Below are positions 1 to 11,755 of a DNA stretch of 64,000 nucleotides, one piece after another. The notes under the pieces were generated by a model. It was not told where the DNA came from and ran no database searches. It was given only the letters and a program-made list of their open reading frames with translations. The stretch comes from Anthoceros angustus (lineage: Eukaryota; Plantae; Anthocerotophyta): contig MU008163.1 in NCBI GenBank assembly GCA_010909165.1, forward strand, positions 1,178,001 to 1,242,000. Direction: 5' to 3'. The translations under genes and the position numbers were made by a program. Position 1 is the stretch's first letter. Each line of letters starts with the position of its first letter.

Positions 1-295
1 CGTGTCTTGGGTGTTTCTGATGTGTTTGTGTTTCCCTCCTCATAGAACCGTAGGGTGACTTCTTGTTGGGCACCTCAGGCGGTAACCCTGCTATACTGCC
101 AAACAGAGACAGTTGGAACTGGGTATGTTACATGTTAGTGCTATTGTTGTGCTTCGTGTTTACGTCACCTAGTCACTTGGATTGCATGTTTGACCCCATT
201 GTTACATGCACACATATGATCTGGCGAGTCCATGTGGCCTCCATTGGTGGGTGCTATTTGCTTTCACCAGCAAGGTTTCTTAGGCTGATTAGTCC

Positions 296-1400
296 ATGCT
301 TCTGTGGCATGTGCAGATGGAGTTCTACCTTCGCTTTTGTCAAGAACACCCAGAAATACTAGCCGGGCAACGGTCATTCGAGAAATTGAAGCCATTTTTT
401 GTTAAGAGCTTGCAAGAGCGCAATCTCTGCTGCTGTCGGTACCATGTGGAAATGGCATTCCTTAAAGATGCCTTCAATGACCTTCGGGGCACAGTCTCCA
501 GGGTTCACCCCCATGGCCAGTGTCATTGTTCATGTCTGGTGTGTGCTCATCCTTTTAGCTCAGAAGCGCTTACTTGTAACACTGCCTCCACTTGTTTGGC
601 TTTAGTCAAGACGCTATGTGAGTGCGTTCTTTGTGCAAAGGGTGAGGATGCTGCCTGGCATGCTTGTTAGGAACATGTGATAGGTGTGGTGTCAACACAC
701 TTCCCTTCTGCCCTTCAGAGACTTGTGTTGATATTCAGGCAGATGCTGTTCTTAAGTGGCGCTGTTTTCAATATCAAGTAGTCGGAACGGATGCTTACGG
801 CAACAACAAGAAAAGGATCAAACTAGTGTTTAAGGAAACACATCCTTCCGTGTTTGTGGAGTATCTGAAGGTAAGGCTGAAGGAGTTTGTGTTTCATGAT
901 TACATCCAGCGGTAGCAGGGGATAGAGTTTAGACATTGTCTCGAATGGTTCCCACAGGATGTTGTGGTTTCATTGATCGATTTTGCTTAGAACTACACAT
1001 TTGGGGTCCACAATGAGATTCAATCCATGCATTGGTAGAACGACTAGGTTACTATTTTGGTGTTGGTTTTTTTATAGGCGCAATGGACCTATTGATGCAG
1101 AGGACCCTGGCCCATCAAATGAGAAGGACTATCACTTTTATATGAGCGACAACATGGCCATGACACACTGTATTTGTGCAACACTACCTGCTAAAATAGT
1201 GACAGTGGATGCGGGATTCCCTCAACCACGAGAACACTGGTGCTAGTCAGATGGGGCAGCCAGCCAATTCAAAGCTATTCGCCCTAGCTACTTTATTGCT
1301 CGGTATCCTAGCATCACATGTGAGTGTAACATGCTATGCAGCCGTTTTACAAAATGTTTTTGGCTCTGAAGTCTTGTGACCCAAATTCTGGTGCTATAAC
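296..1400 (+). pseudogene. Degenerate DDD-type DNA transposase, Sola2-like
   Basis: Frame-broken motifs in the expected order: FCQEHPEI..GQRSFEKLKPFFV...RNLCCCRYHVEM (296-470), a Cys-rich stretch, VVVSLIDFA*NYTF..NEIQSMHW (961-1035; DFAENY with a TAG at 988-990) and W.*SDGAASQFK (1238-1273). The third HGKG..DG motif is not found. Superfamily call is from memory of Sola2 motifs. Confidence 0.6.
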
Positions 1401-1529
1401 GCAGATGTGGTTTTGTTGATATCTGTGTCATTGCTCTGATAGATGTGCGGTTGGGAGTGGGAGCTCAAATTTGTTCACATTGTTTCGGGTGCTGAGTTTA
1501 CCAAACTATGCTGTCACACTATGGATGTG

Positions 1530-2605
1530 AAGATGTGTGGATGTGTTTTTGTATGAGTGTGTGGATGTGGGGATGTGGGGATGTAGGGATGCAGGGATGT
1601 AGGGATGTGGGGATGTGGGGATGTGGGGATGTGGGGATGTGGGGATGTGGGGATGTGGGGATGTGGATGTGGATGTGGGGATGTGGGATGTGGGGATGTG
1701 GGATGGGGATGTGGGATGTGAGGATGTGGGGATGTGGGATGTGGGGATGTGGGGATGTAGGGATGTGGGATGTGGGGATGTGGGGATGTGGGATGTGGGG
1801 ATGTAGGGATGTGTGGATGTGGATGTAGGGATGTGGGTGTGGATGTGGATGTGTGGATGTCTGATGATGTGGATGTGGATGTGTGGATGTGTGGATGTGT
1901 GGATGTGTGGATGTGTGGATGTGTGGATGTGTGGATGTGTGGATGTGTCAATGATGTGTGGATGTGCTGATGATGTGTGGATGTATGGATATGTGGATGT
2001 GTGGATGTGTCAATGATGTGTGGATGTGCTGATGATGTGTGGATGTATGGATATGTGGATGTGTTAATAATGTGTGCATGTGCCGATGATGTGTGGATGT
2101 GTTAATGATGTGTGGATGTTCCAATGATGTGTGGATGTATGGATATGTTGATGTGTTAATAATGTGTGCATGTGTCGATGATGTGTGGATGTGTTAATGA
2201 TGTGTGGATGTTCCAATGATGTGTGGATGTATGGATGTGTGGATGTGTTGATGATGTGTGCATGTGCCGATGATGTGTGGATGTGTTAATGATGTGTGGA
2301 TGTGCCAATGATGTGTGGATGTATGGATGTGTGGATGTGTGGATGTGTTGATGATGTGTGCATGTGCCGATGATGTGTGGATGTGTGGATTTGGTGATGT
2401 GCAGATGTGAGGATGTGCCGATGTGTGGTTGTGTTGATGATGTGTGGATGTGCCAATGTATGGATGTGCCGATGATGTGTGGATGTGCCGATGTGTGGTT
2501 TGTCGATGATGTGTGGATATGCCGATGTGTTGTTGTGTCGATGATGTGTGGAAGTGCCAATGTGTGGATGTGCGATGATGTGTGGATGTGCTGATGTGTG
2601 GATGT
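1530..2605 (+). repeat. Compound GATGT-based simple repeat (GGGGATGT, then GTGGATGT, then GATGATGTGTGGATGT variants)
   Basis: Directly visible low-complexity G/T/A repeat. It explains the spurious HPHI- and GCGDV-repeat ORFs on both strands. Confidence 0.95.
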
Positions 2606-2779
2606 TTAGGTTACTTTCCGTCACCTGTTGGTTAGGTTACTTCTGCCACCTACTGTTTTCTCAAATTCCTTCTTGCTGGGTTATTTTGAAGGGACAGGTT
2701 GGGTTAGTGTGGTGCGGCGTTCGTTGTGTTGCGGGACGGGGACCCCTCATTTGCACTGGAGGCCAGAGGCATGGAGCGT

Positions 2780-3068
2780 CCATGGCAAACCGAAGTTCTG
2801 GGAGTTCTGGAGGGGAGACGTCCGCGAGTGCAACTGGGCATGAAATGTCTACTCACCTTGTGCCCCAATCCTCTGAAGACGTTGAATGTGAGGAGGATGC
2901 TTTTTGGTATTTGCTGTCTACATTTGTATGTCAGGATAGCGGTCCCGGATTACATGTAGGCTAGCACAGGCGGTCTGTGCATGTTGTGATTCCACTTTCA
3001 GTTGGAATGTCAACCTTGTATCCTTTGGATCTTTCAAAGCCCCGGAACCAAACTTGGGAGTTGGGGTA
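2780..3068 (+). pseudogene. Possible C-terminal remnant of the left DNA transposon
   Basis: Translates as SEDVECEEDAFWYLLST and then, in another frame, HVVIPLSVGM. This loosely resembles KEKFLWYVMLCT...DIVLTTKFPM in ORF 28264-29013. Similarity is weak and judged by eye. Confidence 0.25.
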
Positions 3069-3227
3069 TGTGGGCTATGCACTTCCCTGGGGAGTTAGGA
3101 AATAAGTAGGGTTTCGCTTTTTAGGATTGAAGGATAAATAAGGTGAAAAGGAGGAATAAATTGGGGTAGCGCCGGACGAGGCTCGGAGTATACTCCGACT
3201 GGAGTGAACAACGGACCCGGTACCACT

Positions 3228-6200
3228 ATGGCAAGCTCCGACCACGCCGGAGTAACGGATAAGTCCGAACCCACCTGTGTCAAAATAGGATAAGTACGTG
3301 GAAAGTAACCGGGAGCGGAGGCGTGAGGATGACGAGGCGGCGCCACGTGACGGCCCCGAGTGGAGGTCGGGCATGCAGAGGCTGTGATCAGACCTGCTGT
3401 GAGGCCGCAGGCAGTATTCACGCCTGCGCGCGCGGCGAAGGCCGTAAAAGCGTAGGGTCGAGTACGCCATGCACTCGCGCTACGGACAACGAAGAGGCGC
3501 CTTCCGCCCAGCAGCATTCCACAAGCGCGCCAAGGAGGGAGGTCCCGCAGCCTCCATAATCCTCACAGCCTTGCGCCCGCAATCCGCTCGCGCCGCTTTT
3601 TGGGCGCCGCCAGAGCGTGGCGCACCGTCAAGGTTGGAGCAACGAACGCGCAAGGAGGAACATCGTGCCGGACTCGCCAGCAGCAACAAGAGGAGGAGAA
3701 GCAATGGCACCCAAAAGCCGACGGAAGTCTGGGAGCCATGGACCCTCGTGGGCGCAACATTGTGACCCGCGCTATCCGGACTTCGGCCCGGCCGGCTCTG
3801 ACAAGAGAGGAGGAGAAGCAATGGCACCCAAAAGCCCGGAGTCCAGGAGCCATGGACCCTCGTGGGCGCAACATTGTGACCCGGCGCTATCCGGACTTGC
3901 CTGGCTGGAGGCGGAATTGGTGCGGAGTGGCATCCGGACGTGTTCCAAATGGTCTCGGACCTTTGACAACGCTACCTAGTCCGGAGTTTGCGGAAGATCT
4001 TGGCGGCGATCAACAAGGAGGTCCGATCCAAGAACCTCCGGAGGACCGAGGCGATGGACCTTGAGGTCCCGAGGATGGCCTACAACCGCCAAGGAGGAAG
4101 AAGGGGCGTGGTGCAGGCCCCTTAAGGCGAAGGGAAGATAGGGCCACGGCGCGCCGTGAGGCTCGAACGCAGCGACAACCAACGGATGGTTGATATCCGA
4201 TCTGCTGGGCGGTCGAGTAAGGCGGTAGCCGGATCATTGTCCATTGAACTCGCCACCAAGGTGGATCACCTTGGTGATAACTGCTGGTATTCTCGCATGC
4301 GCCCAGCTGGGAAGAGAGCGACTGGGAAGGATTATCTTCGCCTTCACCGGGAGGGCAAGCTAAGGCGAAGCCCTCGCCATCGGGGACCCATACGATTCAT
4401 GTATGGGGACATTTCGAGCCCTCAAGGAGGGAGAGCTTGAGCGGCGCCGGGGGGCCGGAGGCCCCCTGTGGCGTAGAGCGTGGCGCCTGAGGTGGGGGTC
4501 GCCCTTCAAGACCAAGCGACTCGGGAGGAGGACGAGGGATTCCTGACTCCATACGTGAGCGAACCCCTCACCACCTGTGAAGTTTGGGAGGCGATTCCCC
4601 TTCCTCCTTTTGGTGCCCCTCGGGCGGCCGGCAGGAGGGAGGCGATCGGAGGCGTTGGCGGCTCGGCCGGCGAGCAACAGCCAACAACCACGACGGCCGC
4701 CGAGCCCCGAACTCAACGGAGCCAAGAGGCGAAGACGTGCCGCTTACCAACGCAAAGACCTAAGGTGACTTACCCCGCCACCTGAGTGGCAAGAGGTCAA
4801 GAGGCGTAAGGCAGTAAGCGGGCGTAGGGTCGAGTAAGCCATGCGGACCCACAGCGATTCGGACAACGAAGAGGCGCCTTCCGCTTCCCTGGCCAAGGAG
4901 GGAGGTCATTTCGGCTGCGGCCTCAGACAATCCTCACAGTCCCTTGCGCTCCATAATCCGGCTCTCTGGCTATCTTTTGGGCGCCGATCGGCTTAGGCGT
5001 GGCGCCGTCAAGGTTGGAGCGAGCGGCGAAGGAGGAACATCGTGCCGGACTCGGCCCGGCGGCCTGACAAGAGAGGAGGAGAAGCAATGGCACCCAAAAG
5101 CCCGGAGTCCAGGAGCCATGGACCCTCGTGGGCGCAACATTGTGACCCGGCGCTATCCGGACTTGCCTGGCTGGAGGCGGAATTGGTGCGGGAGTGGCAT
5201 GGGCGTGTTCCAAATGGTGCGGACCTTTGACAACGTCACTCTAGTCCAAGTTTGCGGAAGATCTTGGCGGCGATCAACAAGGAGGTCCGATCCAAGAACC
5301 TCCGGGAGGACCGAGGCGATGGACCTTGGAGGTCCCGAGGATGGCCTACGAAGGAGGAAGAAGGGGCGTGGTGCAGGCCCCTTAAGGCGAAGGGAAGATA
5401 GGGCCGGCCACAGTGCCTCTTGAGGCACAGGCGGCGGACAACCAACGGATGGTTGATATCCGATCTGGGCGGTCGAGTAAGGCGGTAGCCGGATCATTGT
5501 CCATTGGAACTGCTCACCAAGGTGGATCACCTTGGTGATAACTGTTATTCTGCATGCGCTCGGTGGGAAGAGAGCGGTGGGAAGGATTATCTTCGGTTCG
5601 ATCGAGGCACGCAAGCTAAGGCGAAGCCCTCGCCATCGTGACCCATGCACGATTCATGTATGGGGACATTTCGAGCTCTGAAGGAGGGAGAGCTTGGCGG
5701 GCGCTCGGGAGGGAGGCCCTGCAGTAGGCGTGCAAGGCGCAGGGTGGGGAGTCGTCCTTGAGACCAAGCGGACTCGGGAGGAGGGCGGCGGGAGGATTCC
5801 GGACTCCATCGTGCAGGCGAACCCCTCACCACCCGGGGAAGTTTGGGAGGCGATTCCCCTTCCCTCCTTTTGGTGCCCCTCGGGAGGAGGCGAAGGAGGA
5901 GGCGGTCTTAGGAGGCGTTGGCGGCTCCGGCCGGCAGCAACGACCAACAACACGGCGGCTGCGGCGAACTCGGCGGGGCCGAGGCGGAAGGTGCCGCCTG
6001 TGACACCTCGGAAGGTGCGGTACCACCCACCTTAGTGGCGGTAAGGAGGCGAAGGGACGGCCAAGGAGGAGGTCACGCGCACCCCCACGAGCCCTGCCCC
6101 CCACAGTGAAGGGGCAAAAGAGCTTGCTCCCGACCCCTCACCTCCTCCGAGCCCTGTGGAGAAAGAGGGCACAAAGGAGTTAGAGGCCAAGAGGCCAAGA

Positions 6201-7468
6201 GGGTGAGACTCGGACCTCACCACTGTGACCGAGGGTCCCGATTAGGTCCGAGAACCCAGTCCGGACTTACTCGATCGGTATGGAGGTCCTTGGCGGACCG
6301 AGAAATGCCGGCTCCCACTACGGACTTTGTGGGGGCCTCACGTGCCGTGGAAGAAACACGGCGAGTCCTGCTACCGCCATGGACGGAATGCTTTGGGGTC
6401 TCTGGTACACGGAGAAGACCTGTGAAGTGGAGGCCACCCGAGGAGGATGGTGGAACCCAAGAGCAAGTGAAGGCGGCCGAGGGCAAAGGAAAAGGCGGAG
6501 TCCCTCGCTCGGATCGAGGAAGGGAAACGTGGCGGAGCGCGAGGCCCGGCGCCAAGCAGATCAAGGTTCTTCACCGCGACACCAAGCAAGCTCAGAGGCC
6601 CAAGCGCGGAGGACCTTGCAGCGAAGAGGGAAGCGCAGAGGAGGCGGAAGAGGCCCGGCACAAGCAGAGAGCTCGGGACTGGCGGAGGCGGCCCGGCCAG
6701 AGGCCAAATGGGCGAGGCCTAAAAGGCGGAGGCGGCGAGCTCAAGTCAAAGAGCGACCGGATCACTCTGACGTGATCGGGCCGGTGGAGAGAGTCGCAGT
6801 ACCGAATAAGGCCGCGACAAAGGCTATGGAGGCAAGGGCCAAGACTGGGAGATAGAGGATCTCCGAGGCAGGAGGTAGAAGGGAGGCGGCAGCAGATGGA
6901 GGACAAAGAAGGACACTGGAGCTACAACCCAAGATGCGCTTGAGCAGCAGATTCTCAACGAGAGAATCCACGACCTCGAGCACGAAGCAGTGCCTCGGCT
7001 CCGTCAAGAGGCGGAGGAAAATCGGCGACTATCCAAGGAGTTGGACGCTGCTGCAAGGAGCTGGAGGAAGTCCCGAGCCTGGGAGGTATCCGACCGCCTG
7101 AGAGGGAGTCATGAGCTAAAGGCCGTAATGAACGGAGGAGCGAGCATCGAAGAAAAGAAGCCGGTCCACCGAGGAAGGGAACGGGCTAAGTCAATGGAGA
7201 GGAAACGACGGAGCCGGAGCAAGTGGAGCAAAAGTGCAGGAGGTGACCGAGGCCGCCTTGTAGCCTCGCGGATGTGCCCCCACAACTGGCAGAGGTGGCC
7301 CAACAAGCCGAAAGACGCCCCCTAACACTTATGGCGGAGGGAGTATCGGTGCCCGCACACGTGGAAGAGGCAATTCAACAAGTCGATTCGGACTTTGCCT
7401 ATTACCACGCCGAGCCCCGGCGAAGCCTCGACTCACGGACGGACGGACCGGAAGGCTCAAGGAGATGA
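3228..7468 (+). pseudogene. LTR-borne extra ORF, 5' LTR copy (frameshifted, partly duplicated)
   Basis: Carries the same peptide blocks as the 3' LTR copy: RTFDNATLV, DNQRMVDIRS, GKDYLRL...RKLR, ILNERIHDLEHEAVPRLRQEAEENRRLSKELDA, LTLMAEGVSVPAHVEEAIQQVDSDFAYY. Confidence 0.55.
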
Positions 7469-9029
7469 AGGCCACGGGGCACAGGACCCTAGTGGCCTGT
7501 TTGGAGATGGAGGAGGCGGAGAGGAGCAACCGGAGGAGGCGGAGGAGGCGGCGGATCGGAGGTAAGCACCCGCACCTCACCACTCGGGACACGAGGGTCT
7601 GATTAGGTCCGAGAACCCAGTCGGACTTACTCGGGCGGTATGGAGGTCCTTGGCGGACCGAAATGCCGGCTCCCACTACGGACTTTGTGGGGGCCTCACC
7701 GTGTGGCCGTGGAAGAAACACGGCGAGTCTGCTACCGTCATGGACGGAATGCTTTGGGGTCTGGGGTCTGTGGAGAAGACCCGAAGTGGAGGCCACCCGG
7801 AGGAGGATGGTGGAACTCAAGAGCAAGTGGCGGCCGAGGAAGGAAAAGGCGGAGTCCCTCGCTCGGATCGAGGAAGGGAAGCGGGTGGCGGAGCGAGGCG
7901 TTCGGCCGGGCCAAGGTTCTTCGTATGCGACAGTGAAGCAAGCTCGAGGAGGCCCAAGGCGGAGGACCTTTGCGGTGAGGCGCGGGAGGCGGAGGCGGCA
8001 CAAGCGAGAGGCTCGGGACTGGCGGAGGCGGCCGGCTAAGCGGCGCCAAATGGGCGAGGCCAGTAAAGGCGAAGGAGTGAGCCGCGGTGAAAAGCGGCAG
8101 GATCACTCTGACGTGATCGGGCCGGTGGAGAGAGTCAGTAGCGTGAGGCTAACTCGAAGGCGCCGCTATGGGCGAGGCCGGCCTCGGGAGATAGAGGATC
8201 TCAGGAAATGCAAGGAGGTAGAAGGAGGCGGCGGCGGATGGAGGGCAGCAGGACACGGAGCTACAACTCCAAGATGCGTCGGAGGCGGTGATTCTCAACG
8301 AGAGAATCCACGACCTCGAGCACGAAGCAGTGCCTCGGCTCCGTCAAGAGGCGGAGGAAAATCGGCGACTATCGAGTTGGGCGTTGCCGAGGCGGAAGGG
8401 GAGGAAGTCCGAGTCGGACGGAGGTATCCGCTGGAGAGGGAGGCGGAGCTAAAGGCCGAATGAGCGGAGGGCGCCAGGCAGAAGAAGCTGGTCCGGTGAG
8501 AAAGGCGGAAGGGAAGCTATGGCGGGTAATGGCGATGGAAAGGAAGCAGCGAGTGGGCGGTGAACAGCAGCGGCAGTGAGGAGGTGACCGAGGCCGCCCT
8601 TGTAGCCTCGCGTGATCTGACCGGCTCAAATCTGGCGGGAGGTGGCCCAACAAGCAGCGGCCGCCCGGCTCCGGAACACTTATGGCGGAGGGAGTATCGG
8701 GTGCTCGGGCACACGTGGAAGAGGCAATTCAACAAGTCGATTCGGACTTTGCCTATTACCACGCGAGCTCTGAGGCGTAGAAGCCTCTCGGCGGCAAGAC
8801 GGACGGACCTGGAAGGCTCGAAGGAGATGAAGGCCACGGGGCAGGGACCCTAGTGGCCTGTTTGGAGATGTGAGGCGGCGGAGAGGAGCGGAGGAGGCGA
8901 GCGAGGCGGCGGATCGGAGCACGCACCTCACCATGGAAGGAGGGCCAACGGGAGTCACGGGCGATCGAACAGGGAGGACTTGAGGAGAGCCACGGAGGAG
9001 TCCGTGAGGAGGAAACCCGGTGGGCGTGA

Positions 9030-9470
9030 GTCCGGACTTTGTCCGGACCCGAGGAGGCCGGACCAAGTCCGACGATAAGTCCGGACCACAAGTCCGGACC
9101 GAGAATAAGTCCGGACCAAGTCCGGACCACAGTCCGGACCACAAGTCCGGACCCGAGGGTCCCGATTAGGTCCGAGAGACAAGGTCGGACCTCGGTAATA
9201 AGTCCGGACCTCGGTAATAAGTCCGGACTCAAGTTCGTGAGTCGGACTTTGTCCGGACCCGGAGGAGGTCGGACCTCGGTCGGACCTCGGACCGAGTCGG
9301 ACCACAGTCGGACCTCGGTAATAAGTCGGACCACAGTCGGACCGTAAGTCGGACCACAGTCCGGACCCGTGTCGTCCGGACCACGGTCGGACCACAGGTC
9401 GGACCTGGCCGGACCACGAGTCCGGACCTCGGTAATAAGTCCGGACCACGAGTCCGGACCACAGTCGGAC
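9030..9470. repeat. Array of palindromic GTCCGGAC / AAGTCCGGAC(T/C) units inside the LTR; further copies at ~10610-10790, ~12238-12445 and ~23550-23800
   Basis: Dozens of GTCCGGAC or GTCGGAC cores spaced about 10-16 bp apart; directly visible. Confidence 0.9.
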
Positions 9471-9773
9471 CCGAGGCGGTGATGGAGGAGCCCCTCGACT
9501 TACGCTTAGGGGAGCCGATGGTGGTGGCCCCACCGGGCGAAGGACCTGTGGAGGCCAGTGGAGGATGACGCGCGTTGTCGACCGCCAGAGCCCAACCCGG
9601 CTGTGATTCCGGGAGAGGAGGGCCCGCCTCACGGATCATCCGATTACCAACCGCTGACGGGATTGGACCACCCATTCCGAGGCGGGGCCAGGACCTTCCC
9701 CCCCACACAAGGAGATAGGGGGATAGGGTAGGCGGCGATTAGGGTATACCGGTGGCTATCGTAATAGGGGTGT

Positions 9774-9779
9774 AATAAA
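9774..9779 (+). promoter_or_regulatory. Candidate LTR polyadenylation signal AATAAA
   Basis: GTAATAAAGACGCC is conserved in every LTR copy (also near 11097, 12757 and 24148). Function is inferred from position only. Confidence 0.3.
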
Positions 9780-11688
9780 GACGCCACCTTGGGCGCAGAT
9801 AAGAGGGCCGAGGTCGCCTAGTAAAGCATCTTTCTCTTGGTGTTGATGCCGCTCTGCACCTTTGTGAGTCTTCTTGCTAACGTGAGTCTGAGTCACCGAA
9901 AGCCTACCCGGGAGATTGATCAAGGTCCCGTGACGGACTTAACGCGTTGTGGTGTGTGCGGGGAAGGGTGATCGACCGGGCCCGAGTCCGGACCACAAGT
10001 CCGGACCACGAGTCCGGACCCGGAGGAGGAACTCGGGAGGGTGTGTAGAGCCCGGACGGAGAGGGAGGCGGCGGATCGGAGGAGGTCCGGATCACAGAAC
10101 CCGCGCGTTTTCTAAGATCAAGAGTGTAGCGTGAGAGGAGAAGGATCGATGGAGGATGGCGGTGAACAGCAACAGAGGAGGTGGCCCCTTGTAGCCTCGC
10201 GTGATACAGCCCTCAAATCTGGCGGAGAGGTGGCCCAACAAGAAAAGACGCTCCGGAACACTTATGGCGGAGGGAGTATCGGGTGCTCGGGCACACGTGG
10301 AAGAGGCAATTCAACAAGTCGATTCGGACTTTGCCTATTACGAGCTCGTGAAGCCTCGGCGGCCCGCAGACGGACCCTGGAAGGCTCAAGGAGATGAAGG
10401 CCACGGGGGCGGCCAGTGGACCCTAGTATGGATGATGAGGCGGCGGAGAGGAGCAACCGGAGGAGGCGGAGAGGAGGCGGCGGATGCGACGAGGTAAGCA
10501 CCGCACCTCACCATGGAAGGAGGGCCAACGAGAGTCACCAGGCGATCGGGAATGGAGGACTTGAGGAGAGCCACGGAGGAGTCCGTGAGGAGGAAACCGG
10601 GTGGGCGTGAGTCCGGACTTTGTCCGGACCCAGAGGAGGCCGGACCAAGTCCGGACCTCATAAGTCCGGACCACAAGTCCGGACCCGAGTCCGGACCACA
10701 GTCGGACAAGTCCGGACCGTCCGGACCTCGGACCCGTCGGACCTCGGACCACGAGGTCCGGACCACAGTCGGACCTGGCCGGACCCGAGGAGGGAGAGCC
10801 ACGGAGGAGCCGAGGGCCTTGCGGCGATGAGGAGAGCCGACTTACGCTAGGGTGGCCCCACCGGCGAGGACCCGAGGAGGCCAGGAGGATGACGTCGTGT
10901 AGCGGCGGTTGTCGCCGTGAGCTAACTGACGATTCGGAGAGGAGGGCCCGCCTCACGGATCATCCGATTGGGTGCACCACAACGGGACGATTGGACCACC
11001 CATTCCGAGGCCAGGACCTTCCAGATCGGCGAAGGAGATAGGGGGATAGGATGGTAGGCCGATTAGGGTATACCGGTGGCTATCGAATAGGGGTGTAATA
11101 AAGACGCCACCTTGGGCGCAGATAAGAGGGGGATGCTCTAGTAAAGCATCTTTCTCTTGGTGTTGATGCGCGTTCTTGCACCTTTGTGAGTCTTCTTGCT
11201 AACGTGAGTCCGGACCACAGTCAGCGGGCAGCGACTCGGGAGATTGATCAAGGTCCCGTGACTTAACGCGTTGTGGTGTGTGCGGGGAAGGGTGAGGTGA
11301 CCGTGCTCGTCGAGCCGGTCCGGCAAACTGGAGCGTGGAGGAGGAACTCGGGAGGGTGTAGAGCCCGGACGGAGAGGAGAGCCACGGAGGAGGAGGAGGT
11401 CCGTGCGTAACCCGTCTTTTCTAAGATCAAGAGTGTAGCGTGAGAGGAGAGAGGAAAGGACGATGCGTGAGGATGTATGTGAACGATACGGACGACGGGT
11501 CCCTAAACGCGTTTGGCCGGCTGTCGGTGAACGTTGTGAGTAGTTAGGAGTATGTGTGTGTGAGACCGAACGAGCGCTGGACGGAAGAATCACCAAACGC
11601 GGTAACGGGCCTATCATTCCCTTGGGAACGGACTTCTTCCTACAACGACACGGATTGTGCGCGGCCATCGCAAAGTCCGCCACATTTT

Positions 11689-11705
11689 TGGCGCCGTTGC
11701 GGGAA
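11689..11705 (+). promoter_or_regulatory. Primer-binding site complementary to the 3' end of tRNA-Asp
   Basis: TGGCGCCGTTGC-GGGAA, 4 nt after the LTR-terminal CA. It matches the Athila-type PBS TGGCGCCGTTGCCGGGGA apart from one missing C and one G>A. A noisier second copy lies near 13330. Confidence 0.85.
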
Positions 11706-11755
11706 TGAAATCGGTGCGTGGTGCAAAGTCGTCCTTAGGAAGAGAAGGTAAGTGA

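Larger units (their letters stand above)
3069..11684 (+). repeat. 5' LTR (8.6 kb as assembled, containing several internal tandem duplications)
   Basis: Starts TGTGGGCTATGCAC at 3069, exactly where identity to 19973 begins. Ends ...CCGCCACA at 11684 (TGTGG/CCACA terminal inverted repeat), immediately before the PBS. Confidence 0.8.

Noticed and set aside
1560-2600. Telomere-like G-rich repeat
   Set aside because: The unit is not TTTAGGG-like, the array is heterogeneous, and it lies inside a transposon.
1508-2624. His/Pro-rich and GCGDV-repeat ORFs resembling metal-binding or extensin-like proteins
   Set aside because: They are simply translations of the GATGT microsatellite in all six frames.
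3075-3517. Antisense ORFs at the LTR start (also 19908-20413) as a Retand-style antisense gene
   Set aside because: S/L/P/R-rich shadow composition, and the frames do not stay open between the two LTR copies. The plus strand gives the more protein-like sequence.
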